DNA from: an uncultured Nitrospiraceae bacterium
Lineage (GTDB): Bacteria; Hydrogenedentota; Hydrogenedentia; Hydrogenedentales; SLHB01
Assembly (NCBI GenBank): GCA_964402555.1
Contig: CAYOCT010000003.1
Span: 125,146 to 189,145, forward strand
Direction: 5' to 3'
Length of the DNA stretch: 64,000 nt
Part shown: positions 20,434 to 29,091 of the stretch, piece by piece
Layout: each line of letters starts with the position of its first letter
Numbering within the stretch: position 1 is the first letter of the stretch
Notes under the pieces: model-generated
The model's input: only the letters and a program-made list of their open reading frames with translations
What the model was told of the DNA's origin: nothing
Database searches by the model: none
Made by a program: the position numbers and the translations under genes

Positions 20434-21465
20434 CTACGCATCCCAATCGGTGAAGCGCCGCCGCATGAGCAAATAAAGGAAGAACGGGCCGCCAAACAAC
20501 GTCGTGACGATCCCGATCGGCGTTTCGCCGGGAAGGATCTTGCGGGCCAGGATGTCGCAGAAACATAGAAATCCCGCGCCCACCAGCATGCTCACCGGCA
20601 TCAGCAGGCGGTGCCGCGATCCCGTTATACTACGCACCGCGTGCGGCACGATCAATCCGACAAACCCGATCGTGCCCACAACCGAAACCGCGATCGCCGT
20701 CAATAGCGAACCGACCAGGAAGGTGATTACTTGAAGCACGCGGACGTTCACGCCGCGGCCCGCGGCTATCTCCGCGCCGAACCCGAGTTGATCGTACTTG
20801 GGCGCCTGGAGCAATAGAACTACCGCGCACGGCAGCACGCCCACGAACAGCTTGGATACGGGCGTGTAGCCGAGGACATCGACGCCGCCCATCAGCCAGC
20901 GGTCCATCATCACAACCCGCTCCGGGTCCGCGAAGTAGCGCATGAACATGATCCCGCCGTTTGACAGCATGCCCATGGTCACGCCGCCCAGCAACAGGAC
21001 CGACGGCGAGATGCGTTCCTTGCGCGCGGCGAGCAAGTACACGATGACGATATCGATCTCGGCGAACAGGAACGCGAAGACCTGGATTGTCGGAAGCCCC
21101 AACAAGCTCGCGCTTAGTCCGTAGCCCGCGGTCAAGACGGTCGCCGTCCACGCGCCGAACGCGCCCGCGCTTGCCACGCCCAGGGTGTACGGTTCCGCAA
21201 GCGGGTTGCGCAGCATCGCCTGGAACGCGCACCCCGCCAGCGCCAAGCCGCTGCCGACGATCAGCGCTGCCAACGTCCGCGGGAGGCGCTGCTGCATCAG
21301 AATGCCGAGCATCGGGGCCTGCGACGGCGGCAGGCCCGCGCGCCACTCCGCCCACGCTTGTCCCACGCTCACCGATTCCGTGCCCACGACAAGGGTCGAC
21401 ACGATCATCGCGACGCTCGCAAGCGTCAGCGCGACAACCAGCCAGGTGTGGGTTCGACGAACCAT
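20434..21465 (-). CDS. ABC transporter permease, FecCD/BtuC family (iron-siderophore or cobalamin type)
   Basis: MVRRTHTWLVVALTLASVAMIVSTLVVG… with about 9 TM helices, as in FecCD permeases. GAGGA RBS 8-12 nt upstream. The heptamer repeat tract begins directly upstream. Confidence 0.8.
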   Translation of the reverse strand: MVRRTHTWLVVALTLASVAMIVSTLVVGTESVSVGQAWAEWRAGLPPSQAPMLGILMQQRLPRTLAALIVGSGLALAGCAFQAMLRNPLAEPYTLGVASAGAFGAWTATVLTAGYGLSASLLGLPTIQVFAFLFAEIDIVIVYLLAARKERISPSVLLLGGVTMGMLSNGGIMFMRYFADPERVVMMDRWLMGGVDVLGYTPVSKLFVGVLPCAVVLLLQAPKYDQLGFGAEIAAGRGVNVRVLQVITFLVGSLLTAIAVSVVGTIGFVGLIVPHAVRSITGSRHRLLMPVSMLVGAGFLCFCDILARKILPGETPIGIVTTLFGGPFFLYLLMRRRFTDWDA

Positions 21466-21961
21466 CAGCAAGTCCTCGTGATTTTGGATTTTGGATTTTG
21501 GATTTTGGATTGATGCACCGCCTCTGCGTAATCCGGCCTGAATACTCGAATTCGCGGGCATACCGAGAAACGTAATGCCGAATCGTGATTGCAGCGTTCT
21601 TCTTCCACCGCGAGGCAATCCAAAATCCAAAATCTAAAATCCAAAATCCCCTGCTTATTCCCCAATCTTCTCTGCCCAACTACCCCATGAACGGTCCTTG
21701 ACAAGACAAGCCAATTGCAGCGAGCGTGATGCTGAATCGTGGCAATGTACTCGTCCACCACCGCAAGGCAATCCAAAATCCAAAATCCAAAATCCAAAAT
21801 CCCCTGCTTACTCCCCAATCTTCTCTGCCCAACCGCCCCATGAACGGTCCTTGACAAGACAAGCCAATTGCAGCGAGCGTGATGCTGAATCGTGGCAATG
21901 TACTCGTCCACCACCGCAAGGCAATCCAAAATCCAAAATCTAAAATCCAAAATCCCCACCC
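21466..21961. repeat. intergenic tandem repeat block: about 3 copies of a ~150-bp unit, each terminated by a (GGATTTT)4 heptanucleotide microsatellite
   Basis: Near-identical units around 21651-21798 and 21804-21958, plus a diverged copy at 21513-21650. Heptamer tracts at 21481-21512, ~21616-21650, ~21768-21798 and ~21927-21957 (bottom strand GGATTTT, top strand CCAAAAT, with occasional CTAAAAT variants). Confidence 0.85.
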
Positions 21962-22849
21962 TCATTTCCCTGCCTTCTCCGCCCAGATCAACGGCGCTCC
22001 CGTGACCGGATTGCGATGCACGCGGATCGGCGCGCCGTAGGCCCGCGAAAGCAGGTCCTCCGTGAAGACCGATTCCGGTTTGCCCGACGCGATCAGTTCG
22101 TGCGTCGACGCGAGCAACAGCACGCGGTCGCAGAATTGCGCCGCGAGATTGAGGTCGTGCGTGACCACGGCGACTCCGTAGCCCTCCGAAGCCAGGCGTT
22201 CGAGCAGCGCGAAGATCTCGATCTGGTGATGGATATCGAGCGCGGACGTCGGCTCGTCGAGCAGCAGGATGTTCGGTTCCTGCGCGAGGATGCTCGCGAG
22301 CAATACGCGCTGCCGTTCGCCGCCGGACAGCGTCAGGAAGTCGCGCGCGCGGAGGTCGTCGACGCCGGTGTCGCGCAGGCAGCGTTCCGCGATGTCCTTG
22401 TCTTGCGGACGTAGCGCGCCGAACGCGCCCATGTGCGGATACCGCCCGAGGCACACGACCTCGAACACGTTGAGCGCGAACGCAGGAGTCACGGATTGCG
22501 GCAGAAACGCGAGGACGCGCGCGCGTTCCATGCTCGCAAACGAGGCGAGCGAGCGCCCATCGAGCGTGACGCGGCCGGCATGGGGTTTCAACAAGCCGCA
22601 CAGCACGCGCAACAGCGTGCTCTTCCCCGATCCGTTCGGGCCGACCAGCCCCACCATCTCGCCGCTGTGCACCATCGCGTCGACGCCCTTGAACAAGGGG
22701 CGGCCCGCTTCGTAGGCGTAGGCGAGGGATTCGGCTTTCAACGCATGAAGCAGAGGCGGCTTTTCCGAAACCGTCCCAGGCATTGTTTCCGGCTCACGAT
22801 CCGGGACGGCTTTGGAGGAACCGCCCCCACTGTCATTGCACTCGCTCAT
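21962..22849 (-). CDS. ABC transporter ATP-binding protein, FecE/BtuD family
   Basis: Walker A GPNGSGKST, signature LSGGERQRV, Walker B ILLLDEPTSALD, H-loop. Start overlaps the stop of the upstream binding-protein gene (ATGA). Confidence 0.85.
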   Translation of the reverse strand: MSECNDSGGGSSKAVPDREPETMPGTVSEKPPLLHALKAESLAYAYEAGRPLFKGVDAMVHSGEMVGLVGPNGSGKSTLLRVLCGLLKPHAGRVTLDGRSLASFASMERARVLAFLPQSVTPAFALNVFEVVCLGRYPHMGAFGALRPQDKDIAERCLRDTGVDDLRARDFLTLSGGERQRVLLASILAQEPNILLLDEPTSALDIHHQIEIFALLERLASEGYGVAVVTHDLNLAAQFCDRVLLLASTHELIASGKPESVFTEDLLSRAYGAPIRVHRNPVTGAPLIWAEKAGK

Positions 22850-23727
22850 GATGGCGGTAAGAGTGCCTCAGGATGCAGATCCTTCGCAACTATCCGCGCG
22901 ATTTCCGCAACGCGCGGACCGGGCCGCGCCGCATACGATTCGAGCACGAGGTAGATCCGGCCCTTTTGTACCGCGGGCAGCATCGGGAGCTGCTGCCAGT
23001 CGGCGATGTATTGCGCTTGTTCCGATTCGCTGAGTTTCTCGCCCGCGTGCAGTTCGAGGATGACTTCCGGCTCGCGCACCACCACCGTCTCTTTCGAGGC
23101 CTTCAAGTAGTTCATCTCGGCATCCGCGAAAAGGTTGTCGCCGCCCGCGCACTCGACGACTTCCGAGATGAACGACGTCCGGTTCGCGGTATACAGGTTG
23201 TTAAGCGTGTGCTCCGTGCGCATCGTGATTATCAGCACCTTCGGACGCGGAAGACCCGCGACGGCCTTCCGCACGGCGTCGAGTTCCGAAGTGATCCGCG
23301 CCCGCAACGCATCCGCCTCACGCTCGCAACCCAGCGCCTTGCCGATCGTCGCGATGCCCGCGTCGATCGAAGCGAGGCTGTCCATGTTCACGTTCAGCAC
23401 GGGGATGCTCTTCAGCGCCGCGAAGTCGGTGACCTTCTGATGTTTTCCGGGAAGGATCAACAGCTCCGGCGACAACGACGCTATCTTCTCGAGATTCGGA
23501 TCGACGTAGCCCCCGGCTTTCGGCAGCGCCGCGGCCTCCGGCGGATAATCGTCGAACGATCCGACCGCCACCACGCGAGCGCCTTGTCCGAGCGCAAACA
23601 CCGTCTCGGTCAAATGCGGCGCCATGGTGATGATCCCCTTGCGCGGCGCAGGCGGATTGGCGGGATTGCTGCAAGCTTGGAGACAAACGGCCAAGATGGC
23701 AACGGATAGGTTGATTGAAATCTTCAT
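22846..23727 (-). CDS. ABC transporter periplasmic substrate-binding lipoprotein (BtuF/FhuD-like, class III)
   Basis: Signal peptide plus lipobox (MKISINLSVAILAVCLQAC). Fold pattern typical of iron-siderophore/cobalamin binding proteins. Confidence 0.75.
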   Translation of the reverse strand: MKISINLSVAILAVCLQACSNPANPPAPRKGIITMAPHLTETVFALGQGARVVAVGSFDDYPPEAAALPKAGGYVDPNLEKIASLSPELLILPGKHQKVTDFAALKSIPVLNVNMDSLASIDAGIATIGKALGCEREADALRARITSELDAVRKAVAGLPRPKVLIITMRTEHTLNNLYTANRTSFISEVVECAGGDNLFADAEMNYLKASKETVVVREPEVILELHAGEKLSESEQAQYIADWQQLPMLPAVQKGRIYLVLESYAARPGPRVAEIARIVAKDLHPEALLPPS

Positions 23728-23990
23728 GCGTCCGCTGCGGGTGCTATCATTTCCTGCGAATGCCCAAAAGCCGTCAAACCCGCAATCATGCGCACAGTTA
23801 CACGCGCGCCGGGCATACAGGGGCTGTCCCCCATAGTCTGCGAATCAAGCTTCGCGCGTGTTGCCGATTTCATGCCTCACTTCTCCTGAACGACTTCGAA
23901 CTATGATACCACAGGTCAAGGCCAGCGCGTCGTTCTCGATTTCCGGAGTAAGGCGGGAACTCGTCCGCAAGCGCCGTGCGCCGTAATGCG

Positions 23991-24668
23991 TTAGCGCGTG
24001 GCGTGCCCATGAAAGAAGAACTCCCCTGTCGAACGAACGCAGGTGTTCCACCCCAAGTCCTGAAGCCGCTTCTGCAAAGCTGTCGGATCGTAAAGAATCT
24101 TTACAATGTCGTATTCGGAACCGTCATTCAGTTTTCGCCGCGCAATTCCCGAGTTCTCAAGAACGGCGTGATCGCGAGCCGTGGAGAGTGGGGTGGCAAG
24201 GCTATCGACGAAGAAGACGGCGCCCTCTGGAACCAGGCATTCGGCGAGGAAACGCCAAAACGAATCGAAACGGTCCTCAGGGACATGGGAAAGCCAGAAC
24301 CCGAAGAAGATGAAGTCGTATTTCATGCGAGGCCGCCACTCGAAGAGGTTGGCCTGGACATACTCGATTCGTTGATCGCCAACCCGTTTCCGGCATAGGC
24401 GCAGCATCTCCGGCGAGGCGTCCACCGCCGTCAAACGATCGGCATGAGGAAGAAGATACTCCGTCCAAAGTCCCGTGCCGCAGGCCAGCTCGAGAATCTG
24501 TCCGTGCGGGAGGGCGTCCGCCAAGGCTCGGCGAAGTTGCGCCACCTCGTCGAACCATCGTGCTCGCTGTTCGGCGCCACGGTCGTACCTTCCTTGCCTC
24601 AAGAACCACTCGTCATACTCATGGGCGCGCGCCTTGTAGTACGCGATCTGTTGGTGCAGAAGGTCCAC
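23991..24668 (-). CDS. class I SAM-dependent methyltransferase (small-molecule/protein type)
   Basis: Motif I ILELACGTGLWTEY, motif post-I RLTAVDASPEM, motif II/III …DFIFFGFWLSHV. Start taken at an internal GTG, 24 bp after the upstream gene stop; the ORF extends to 25019. Confidence 0.7.
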   Translation of the reverse strand: MDLLHQQIAYYKARAHEYDEWFLRQGRYDRGAEQRARWFDEVAQLRRALADALPHGQILELACGTGLWTEYLLPHADRLTAVDASPEMLRLCRKRVGDQRIEYVQANLFEWRPRMKYDFIFFGFWLSHVPEDRFDSFWRFLAECLVPEGAVFFVDSLATPLSTARDHAVLENSGIARRKLNDGSEYDIVKILYDPTALQKRLQDLGWNTCVRSTGEFFFHGHATR

Positions 24669-24691
24669 CGGGATGTCATGCCTCGTTCGGG

Positions 24692-25543
24692 TCAGGCGAG
24701 CAGTTTTCCGATACGATCCTTCACCTCGCCTGCGAACCGATCGATATGTTCTTGCACAAACTCGGCGAGACTCTTTGCCGGGTCCTCGATGAGCGGCGTC
24801 AGGTCCATGCCGAAGTTGAGGCCCTGCGTCGCGTCGACGCCGTGCGATGCGTGATACGTCGCGTGGGCTTTGCGGCGGCCCATCGTCGCAAGGTCGTAGC
24901 GCTTGCCGCCGGCGATCTGCGAATCGAACACGCCCAATAACGCCGCCTGGAGATTCTCGTGGCCCGTGCAATCGAACGCGACCTTGTCCTCGTCGATCAT
25001 CCAGTCGAGGTCGCGCCACACCTCGCAGCCGTACAGCTTCTTCGGGCGCGCGTCCGCGGGCAAACCGCGGATGGCCTCGATAAGTTTGACCGTGACGCCC
25101 ACGTGTGTGTCGTGCTTGTCCGCGGGGTTGTGCGTGTAGACAATCTCGGGGCGCGCGGCGTCGAGAAGCATCGCGATGTCCGCAACGGGGTCCTTGTTCG
25201 CGCCGTCTTTGATCGCCCCGCTCGTGTAATCCAGCAGCGCCTGCGCCGCGTACTCGCCCACGACCGCCGCCTTCTTCTGTTCCTTCCGGCGCACGACACG
25301 CATCGCGTCGTCCGTGTACTCCTTATACACGTCGTCGCGCGGCGACCCGCTTCCATTCGTTACGATGACCCCCGTGAACCACTTGTCCGCCTGTTGGAAA
25401 CACGCGAGGATTCCGCCGTAGGCCATGATTTCGAGATCGTCCTGATGCGCCCCGAACGCCATATGCGTCGTGCGCGCCAACGCCGCGTCCTCAGGCACCC
25501 CATCCGGCACATACAATTCCGCGGTGTCCAGCTTGAACTTCAT
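24692..25543 (-). CDS. PIG-L/LmbE family (GlcNAc-type) deacetylase
   Basis: MKFKLDTAELYVPDG… HMAFGAHQDDLEIMAYGGILAC (the AHPDDE-like zinc-binding motif) and a downstream H…D pattern of LmbE-like hydrolases. GGAG RBS. Start overlaps the upstream gene stop. Confidence 0.75.
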   Translation of the reverse strand: MKFKLDTAELYVPDGVPEDAALARTTHMAFGAHQDDLEIMAYGGILACFQQADKWFTGVIVTNGSGSPRDDVYKEYTDDAMRVVRRKEQKKAAVVGEYAAQALLDYTSGAIKDGANKDPVADIAMLLDAARPEIVYTHNPADKHDTHVGVTVKLIEAIRGLPADARPKKLYGCEVWRDLDWMIDEDKVAFDCTGHENLQAALLGVFDSQIAGGKRYDLATMGRRKAHATYHASHGVDATQGLNFGMDLTPLIEDPAKSLAEFVQEHIDRFAGEVKDRIGKLLA

Positions 25544-26256
25544 CCAACTTCTCCTTCGGATTTCCCCAACGATTCCAGACGCGCCAGCCATTGCCCAAAA
25601 TGCGGGCACGCCGCGCGCAGATGTTCCAAGCTAATGGCTTTGAGTGCATTTGCGGCCGCCGCACCCTTCATAGCAGCATATTCGGGAAGAAGACGTTCGA
25701 TGCGTTTGGAGGGAGCGGAATCGGGGCAATCGTCGATGCCTTCAGGATTGTCCCCCTCTATCTCGCGTTTGAGATTCTCGACCGCCTTTATCGCATTTGG
25801 AAACACGGCGAGTAGCGCTTCGGGTTTCGACAAGACCAATGCCTCGAATTCGTGAAGAGACACATACGGGATGAATCGTTCCGCGATGGATTCGTCGAGA
25901 AGCGACTCCCGAATACTCGTGAGCATGCCGGATTCTACCGAGGAACTTCGCTGGGGTTTGGGCAGGGCGGACGAGGTATTGCGATTAGGCCAGTCCGTTG
26001 GGAGCGCGTAGTAATCGACCATGGTAGTTACGTATAGCTGATAGGAGGCGGAGGATTGTCGCAGCGCGCGCTCCAATTCCATGCGCGCGCCGCGTTTCTC
26101 TTCCCAAACGCGCGTGCCGCCCGACGGCTTTCTCCCATAGTGGCCCATGCGCGCGGGCCGCGCGTAGACACCCATTGGTCCCAAGTGCGGCGTAAGCGCC
26201 TCTTCCACAAAACGGAATTCGCCACTGCCCTCAACGTAGATTCTCAGGCTAACCAC
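25540..26256 (-). CDS. DUF4276 family protein (TOPRIM/OLD-nuclease-like), partner of the upstream ABC-type ATPase
   Basis: Conserved N-terminus RIYVEGSGEFRFVEEALTPHL resembles the OLD-family TOPRIM start (hVEGxtE). Acidic GIDDCPD later. GTG start overlapping the ATPase stop by 8 bp is preferred; an alternative ATG lies at 26415. Confidence 0.6.
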   Translation of the reverse strand: MVSLRIYVEGSGEFRFVEEALTPHLGPMGVYARPARMGHYGRKPSGGTRVWEEKRGARMELERALRQSSASYQLYVTTMVDYYALPTDWPNRNTSSALPKPQRSSSVESGMLTSIRESLLDESIAERFIPYVSLHEFEALVLSKPEALLAVFPNAIKAVENLKREIEGDNPEGIDDCPDSAPSKRIERLLPEYAAMKGAAAANALKAISLEHLRAACPHFGQWLARLESLGKSEGEVG

Positions 26257-27445
26257 ACGTGGGGCCTCCGCCGATGATGTTCTTCTCCCATAACTCCCCG
26301 GTGGAGTACTCTTCAAGCCACTCACAGTAAGCTGCCGGATCGAGTTCGAGTATGACGGAACGTCCGCCGCGGTGTTCGATCGGGCGAATTCGATCCAAAT
26401 CGAACTGATCCACAAGCTGCGGAGACTGCGTGGCCACGAGGATCTGCGTTCCGTGGAAGGCAGCGCCTTTAATCATCTCCGCAAGCAATTCGATAGCGCT
26501 TGGATGGAGGCCCAGTTCGGGCTCGTCTAAAACGACGAGCGGCGGCAAACGGTCCGGGGATTGGAGGAGCAGCGCCGCGATTGCGGCAAAACGCAACGCG
26601 CCGTCCGAAATCTGATGCGGACCGAACAAGTAGCTATCGTCCGCGCGTGAACGCCAATTCAACAAGATATACCGCTCGTTCTCGGCGCGCGGCTCCAGCA
26701 CGAAGTGGCCGAATTGCGGAAAGGCCAACTGAACGGTGCTCTCTATCCTTCGGCAGTAGGGCTCCGTCTCCGCCCTCGCCTTCATGCCATGCAAGAACGC
26801 GGCGAGGTTGCCGCCATCGCTTCGCAGGGCATAGGCGTCCTCGATGTAGCCGCTCTTGCGAAACCCCGATTCGCTGGAGGTGTCGTGAAAGTGATAGGGC
26901 CGGCCGCTCTTCAAGATGCCAAAGACATCCTTCAGTATGGCATCATTCAGAAAGGTCTCTTTGAAAAGGTCCGATTCGGAGGATCCAGAACCGTTGCCGC
27001 CGAGAACATAGCCATCGGTAGCTTTCTCCTGTCCTTCACCGTACCTCACGAGCGATTCGTCGGTGAAGACCACCCCATCCCCGGCGTCGGCCGCCAAGTG
27101 AAACTCGTACTTGTAAACGCCATCGCCGGGATCTTGCGTGCCAAATTCCATGCAGGCCGCCATCTGAGGCGTCTTTTTCGAACCATAATGGAGAAGCGAA
27201 TCCGCGAAGCCGGAGCGTGCCACGTACTCCCGAAACGATCGATCCATCATGGCGGATACCATACGGAAGAACGAAACGATATTGCTCTTGCCTGCGCCAT
27301 TCGGTCCAACGAGAACCGTCACGTCTCCAAAGGCCAAACGATTCGTCACTCGGCCTCGTCCTGGAAGTCCCGGGAGATCCTGGCTGGAGAAATCGGCGGC
27401 GAATGACTTGAAGCCTTCGAGCGTCAAACCTGTCAGTTTCAGCAT
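26249..27445 (-). CDS. ABC-type AAA ATPase (AAA_15/AAA_21, OLD/AbiLi-like)
   Basis: MLKLTGLTLEGFKSF…, Walker A GPNGAGKSN. C-terminal LVVLDEPELGLHPSAIELLAEMIKG…ILVATQSPQLVDQF (Walker B plus the HP motif of the AAA_21 family). Strong GGAGGAGGAG RBS before the ATG at 27445. Confidence 0.8.
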   Translation of the reverse strand: MLKLTGLTLEGFKSFAADFSSQDLPGLPGRGRVTNRLAFGDVTVLVGPNGAGKSNIVSFFRMVSAMMDRSFREYVARSGFADSLLHYGSKKTPQMAACMEFGTQDPGDGVYKYEFHLAADAGDGVVFTDESLVRYGEGQEKATDGYVLGGNGSGSSESDLFKETFLNDAILKDVFGILKSGRPYHFHDTSSESGFRKSGYIEDAYALRSDGGNLAAFLHGMKARAETEPYCRRIESTVQLAFPQFGHFVLEPRAENERYILLNWRSRADDSYLFGPHQISDGALRFAAIAALLLQSPDRLPPLVVLDEPELGLHPSAIELLAEMIKGAAFHGTQILVATQSPQLVDQFDLDRIRPIEHRGGRSVILELDPAAYCEWLEEYSTGELWEKNIIGGGPTCG

Positions 27446-27475
27446 GGCCGCTCCTCCTCCCGCTTTCCGCAATGA

Positions 27476-28876
27476 CTATCCCGCCAGGGCCGGCAAGCTC
27501 GCCGCGGCGATGGACTGGCCTACGCGGCGGCTCTTTTCGTCGGGCAACTGGATGTTGACACTCGCGGCGATCTCGGGGAACTCGGCTTGAAGGACTTCGT
27601 TCGCGCCGTCAAGGATCAGTTGGCCGCCGCGCCCGGATGTGCACCGCCCGAGGATCAGCACGTGTTTCAGGTCGTAGAAATCGGCGTAGTGCGCGACGCC
27701 GTAGCCCATGTAGTAGCCCATGCTTTGCCAGATCTTCGTCGCGCCGTCGTGGCCGGCTTCGAGTTTCTCTTGGACGAGCTTGAGACGTTCAGCGTCGGTG
27801 ATGTCTTTCGGCAGATCGATCCCGGCCTTGGGCGCGAGGCGGAACACGCATTGCTGCGAGAAGTACAGCGCGCCGGTCCCGCGGTCGCCGGACCATTCGT
27901 CGACGGGCGCCTCGGCGCTGTAGTCGATCGGGCAGAACGCGAGTTCGTTGAGCCAGCCCGTGATGTTGCCGTCGAGCGTCACGTAGCCGCCGGCCTCGCT
28001 CGAACCCAGCGCCACGCCAAGCACGCCGTTGTCTTCGAGCGACATCGATCCCGCGAGCGCGGTCACTTCGCCGTCGTTGACGACTTCGAGCGGCACGCCG
28101 AGTTCCTGGCGAATGCGCGGGAAGATCTCGTGGACTTCGTGGAAGCGATCCTTCGGGACGCCGCGGAACAGCGACGCGATCATGACGCGGCTATTGATGA
28201 TCACGCCGGCCGAACTCCCGCCGATCGCGTCGACGCGCGGCAGCTTGGATGCGGCGGTCTTGATGCCTGCGAGGATCTCATTGTAGTGATATTGGGGATC
28301 GGAATGTTTGCGCGGTTCCCAGACGACCTCTTCACTGAAGATTGCTTCTCCATTGACCACGGCGGACACTTTGCGATCCGACGCGCCGAGATCGAACCCG
28401 ATGCGGCACCCGTCGAGATGGCGTCCGAGCGGCTGCGTGGTTTCCTTTTCGCGCGGGGCCTCGAACGGTTCGCACGACACGACCGTGAACGTGTGTTCGT
28501 ACACGTCCTCGCCCATGAAATGATAGTCGAACTTGCGCTCGCCCTCGGGACTGTACACGCGCGTGAGGTGTTCGCCGACCGATCGCGGCCCGCCCACGTA
28601 GAGCTTCCATCCCCCACGCTGCCACAACAAGAATTTCACCAGGCGTTCCGCGTAGAACAGATTGGCCTCGGCGCGCGGATGCCCGTCGGGGAACGCGCGC
28701 GTGTCGAAACGCGAAACGGAACCGTCGGCGCGTTCGAGCGCCAGCACGAGCGGCACGCCCACGCCGGACGCGTCCACTTCCTTCAAGAACGCTCGGTTGG
28801 CAAGAATCGCCGGACGAAACGAGGCGTCCAGCGGCGGTACAAAACGCGGTTGGGTGAGATTGAATCCTGCGGCCAT
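27476..28876 (-). CDS. ROK-family (sugar kinase/regulator fold) protein with an approximately 140-aa N-terminal extension
   Basis: ROK/glucokinase-like ATPase core (IGFDLGASDRKVSAVV… DAIGGSSAGVI… VNDGEVTALAG… GSSEAGGYV) preceded by an uncharacterised N-terminal domain. Same strand as the ATPase gene and 30 bp upstream of it. Confidence 0.6.
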   Translation of the reverse strand: MAAGFNLTQPRFVPPLDASFRPAILANRAFLKEVDASGVGVPLVLALERADGSVSRFDTRAFPDGHPRAEANLFYAERLVKFLLWQRGGWKLYVGGPRSVGEHLTRVYSPEGERKFDYHFMGEDVYEHTFTVVSCEPFEAPREKETTQPLGRHLDGCRIGFDLGASDRKVSAVVNGEAIFSEEVVWEPRKHSDPQYHYNEILAGIKTAASKLPRVDAIGGSSAGVIINSRVMIASLFRGVPKDRFHEVHEIFPRIRQELGVPLEVVNDGEVTALAGSMSLEDNGVLGVALGSSEAGGYVTLDGNITGWLNELAFCPIDYSAEAPVDEWSGDRGTGALYFSQQCVFRLAPKAGIDLPKDITDAERLKLVQEKLEAGHDGATKIWQSMGYYMGYGVAHYADFYDLKHVLILGRCTSGRGGQLILDGANEVLQAEFPEIAASVNIQLPDEKSRRVGQSIAAASLPALAG

Positions 28877-29091
28877 CGCCAGCCCTTTCTGTTACTGCTC
28901 CCACCAGACTGGGTTCGAGTTGAGGCCAGACTATACCACAACGCGCGAAAAAGACGCCACGAGGGATCGCGCGGCGCAGGCCATGTTTGTCGTAGCGAAA
29001 CGCCAGCCTCCGGCATCGAGGCCGCGGGTGAAGAAGAGCGACAAGAGTAAAGGTTGCGCAACCGAAATAGAGCGCCGTATGCTTGGCTGGG

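Noticed and set aside
18195-20476. ORFs 18195-19373(-), 18431-20476(+) and 17229-18356(+) overlapping the symporter and isomerase genes
   Set aside because: Alternative-frame or antisense ORFs with Arg/Pro/His-rich composition. The SSF transporter and isomerase frames carry the recognisable motifs.
21513-21961. Cobalamin riboswitch upstream of the FecCD-type permease
   Set aside because: Considered because of the transporter type. I could not find a convincing B12-box (GCCACTG) or the conserved core, so tandem repeat is the better description.
21465-22601. 378-aa ORF (and the extended 20434-21630 start) spanning the tandem-repeat block; possibility of a CRISPR array
   Set aside because: The translation is repeat-derived (…GILDFGFWILD… repeated). 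The units are ~150 bp direct repeats without unique spacers and contain microsatellites. That is not CRISPR-like, and no cas genes are nearby.
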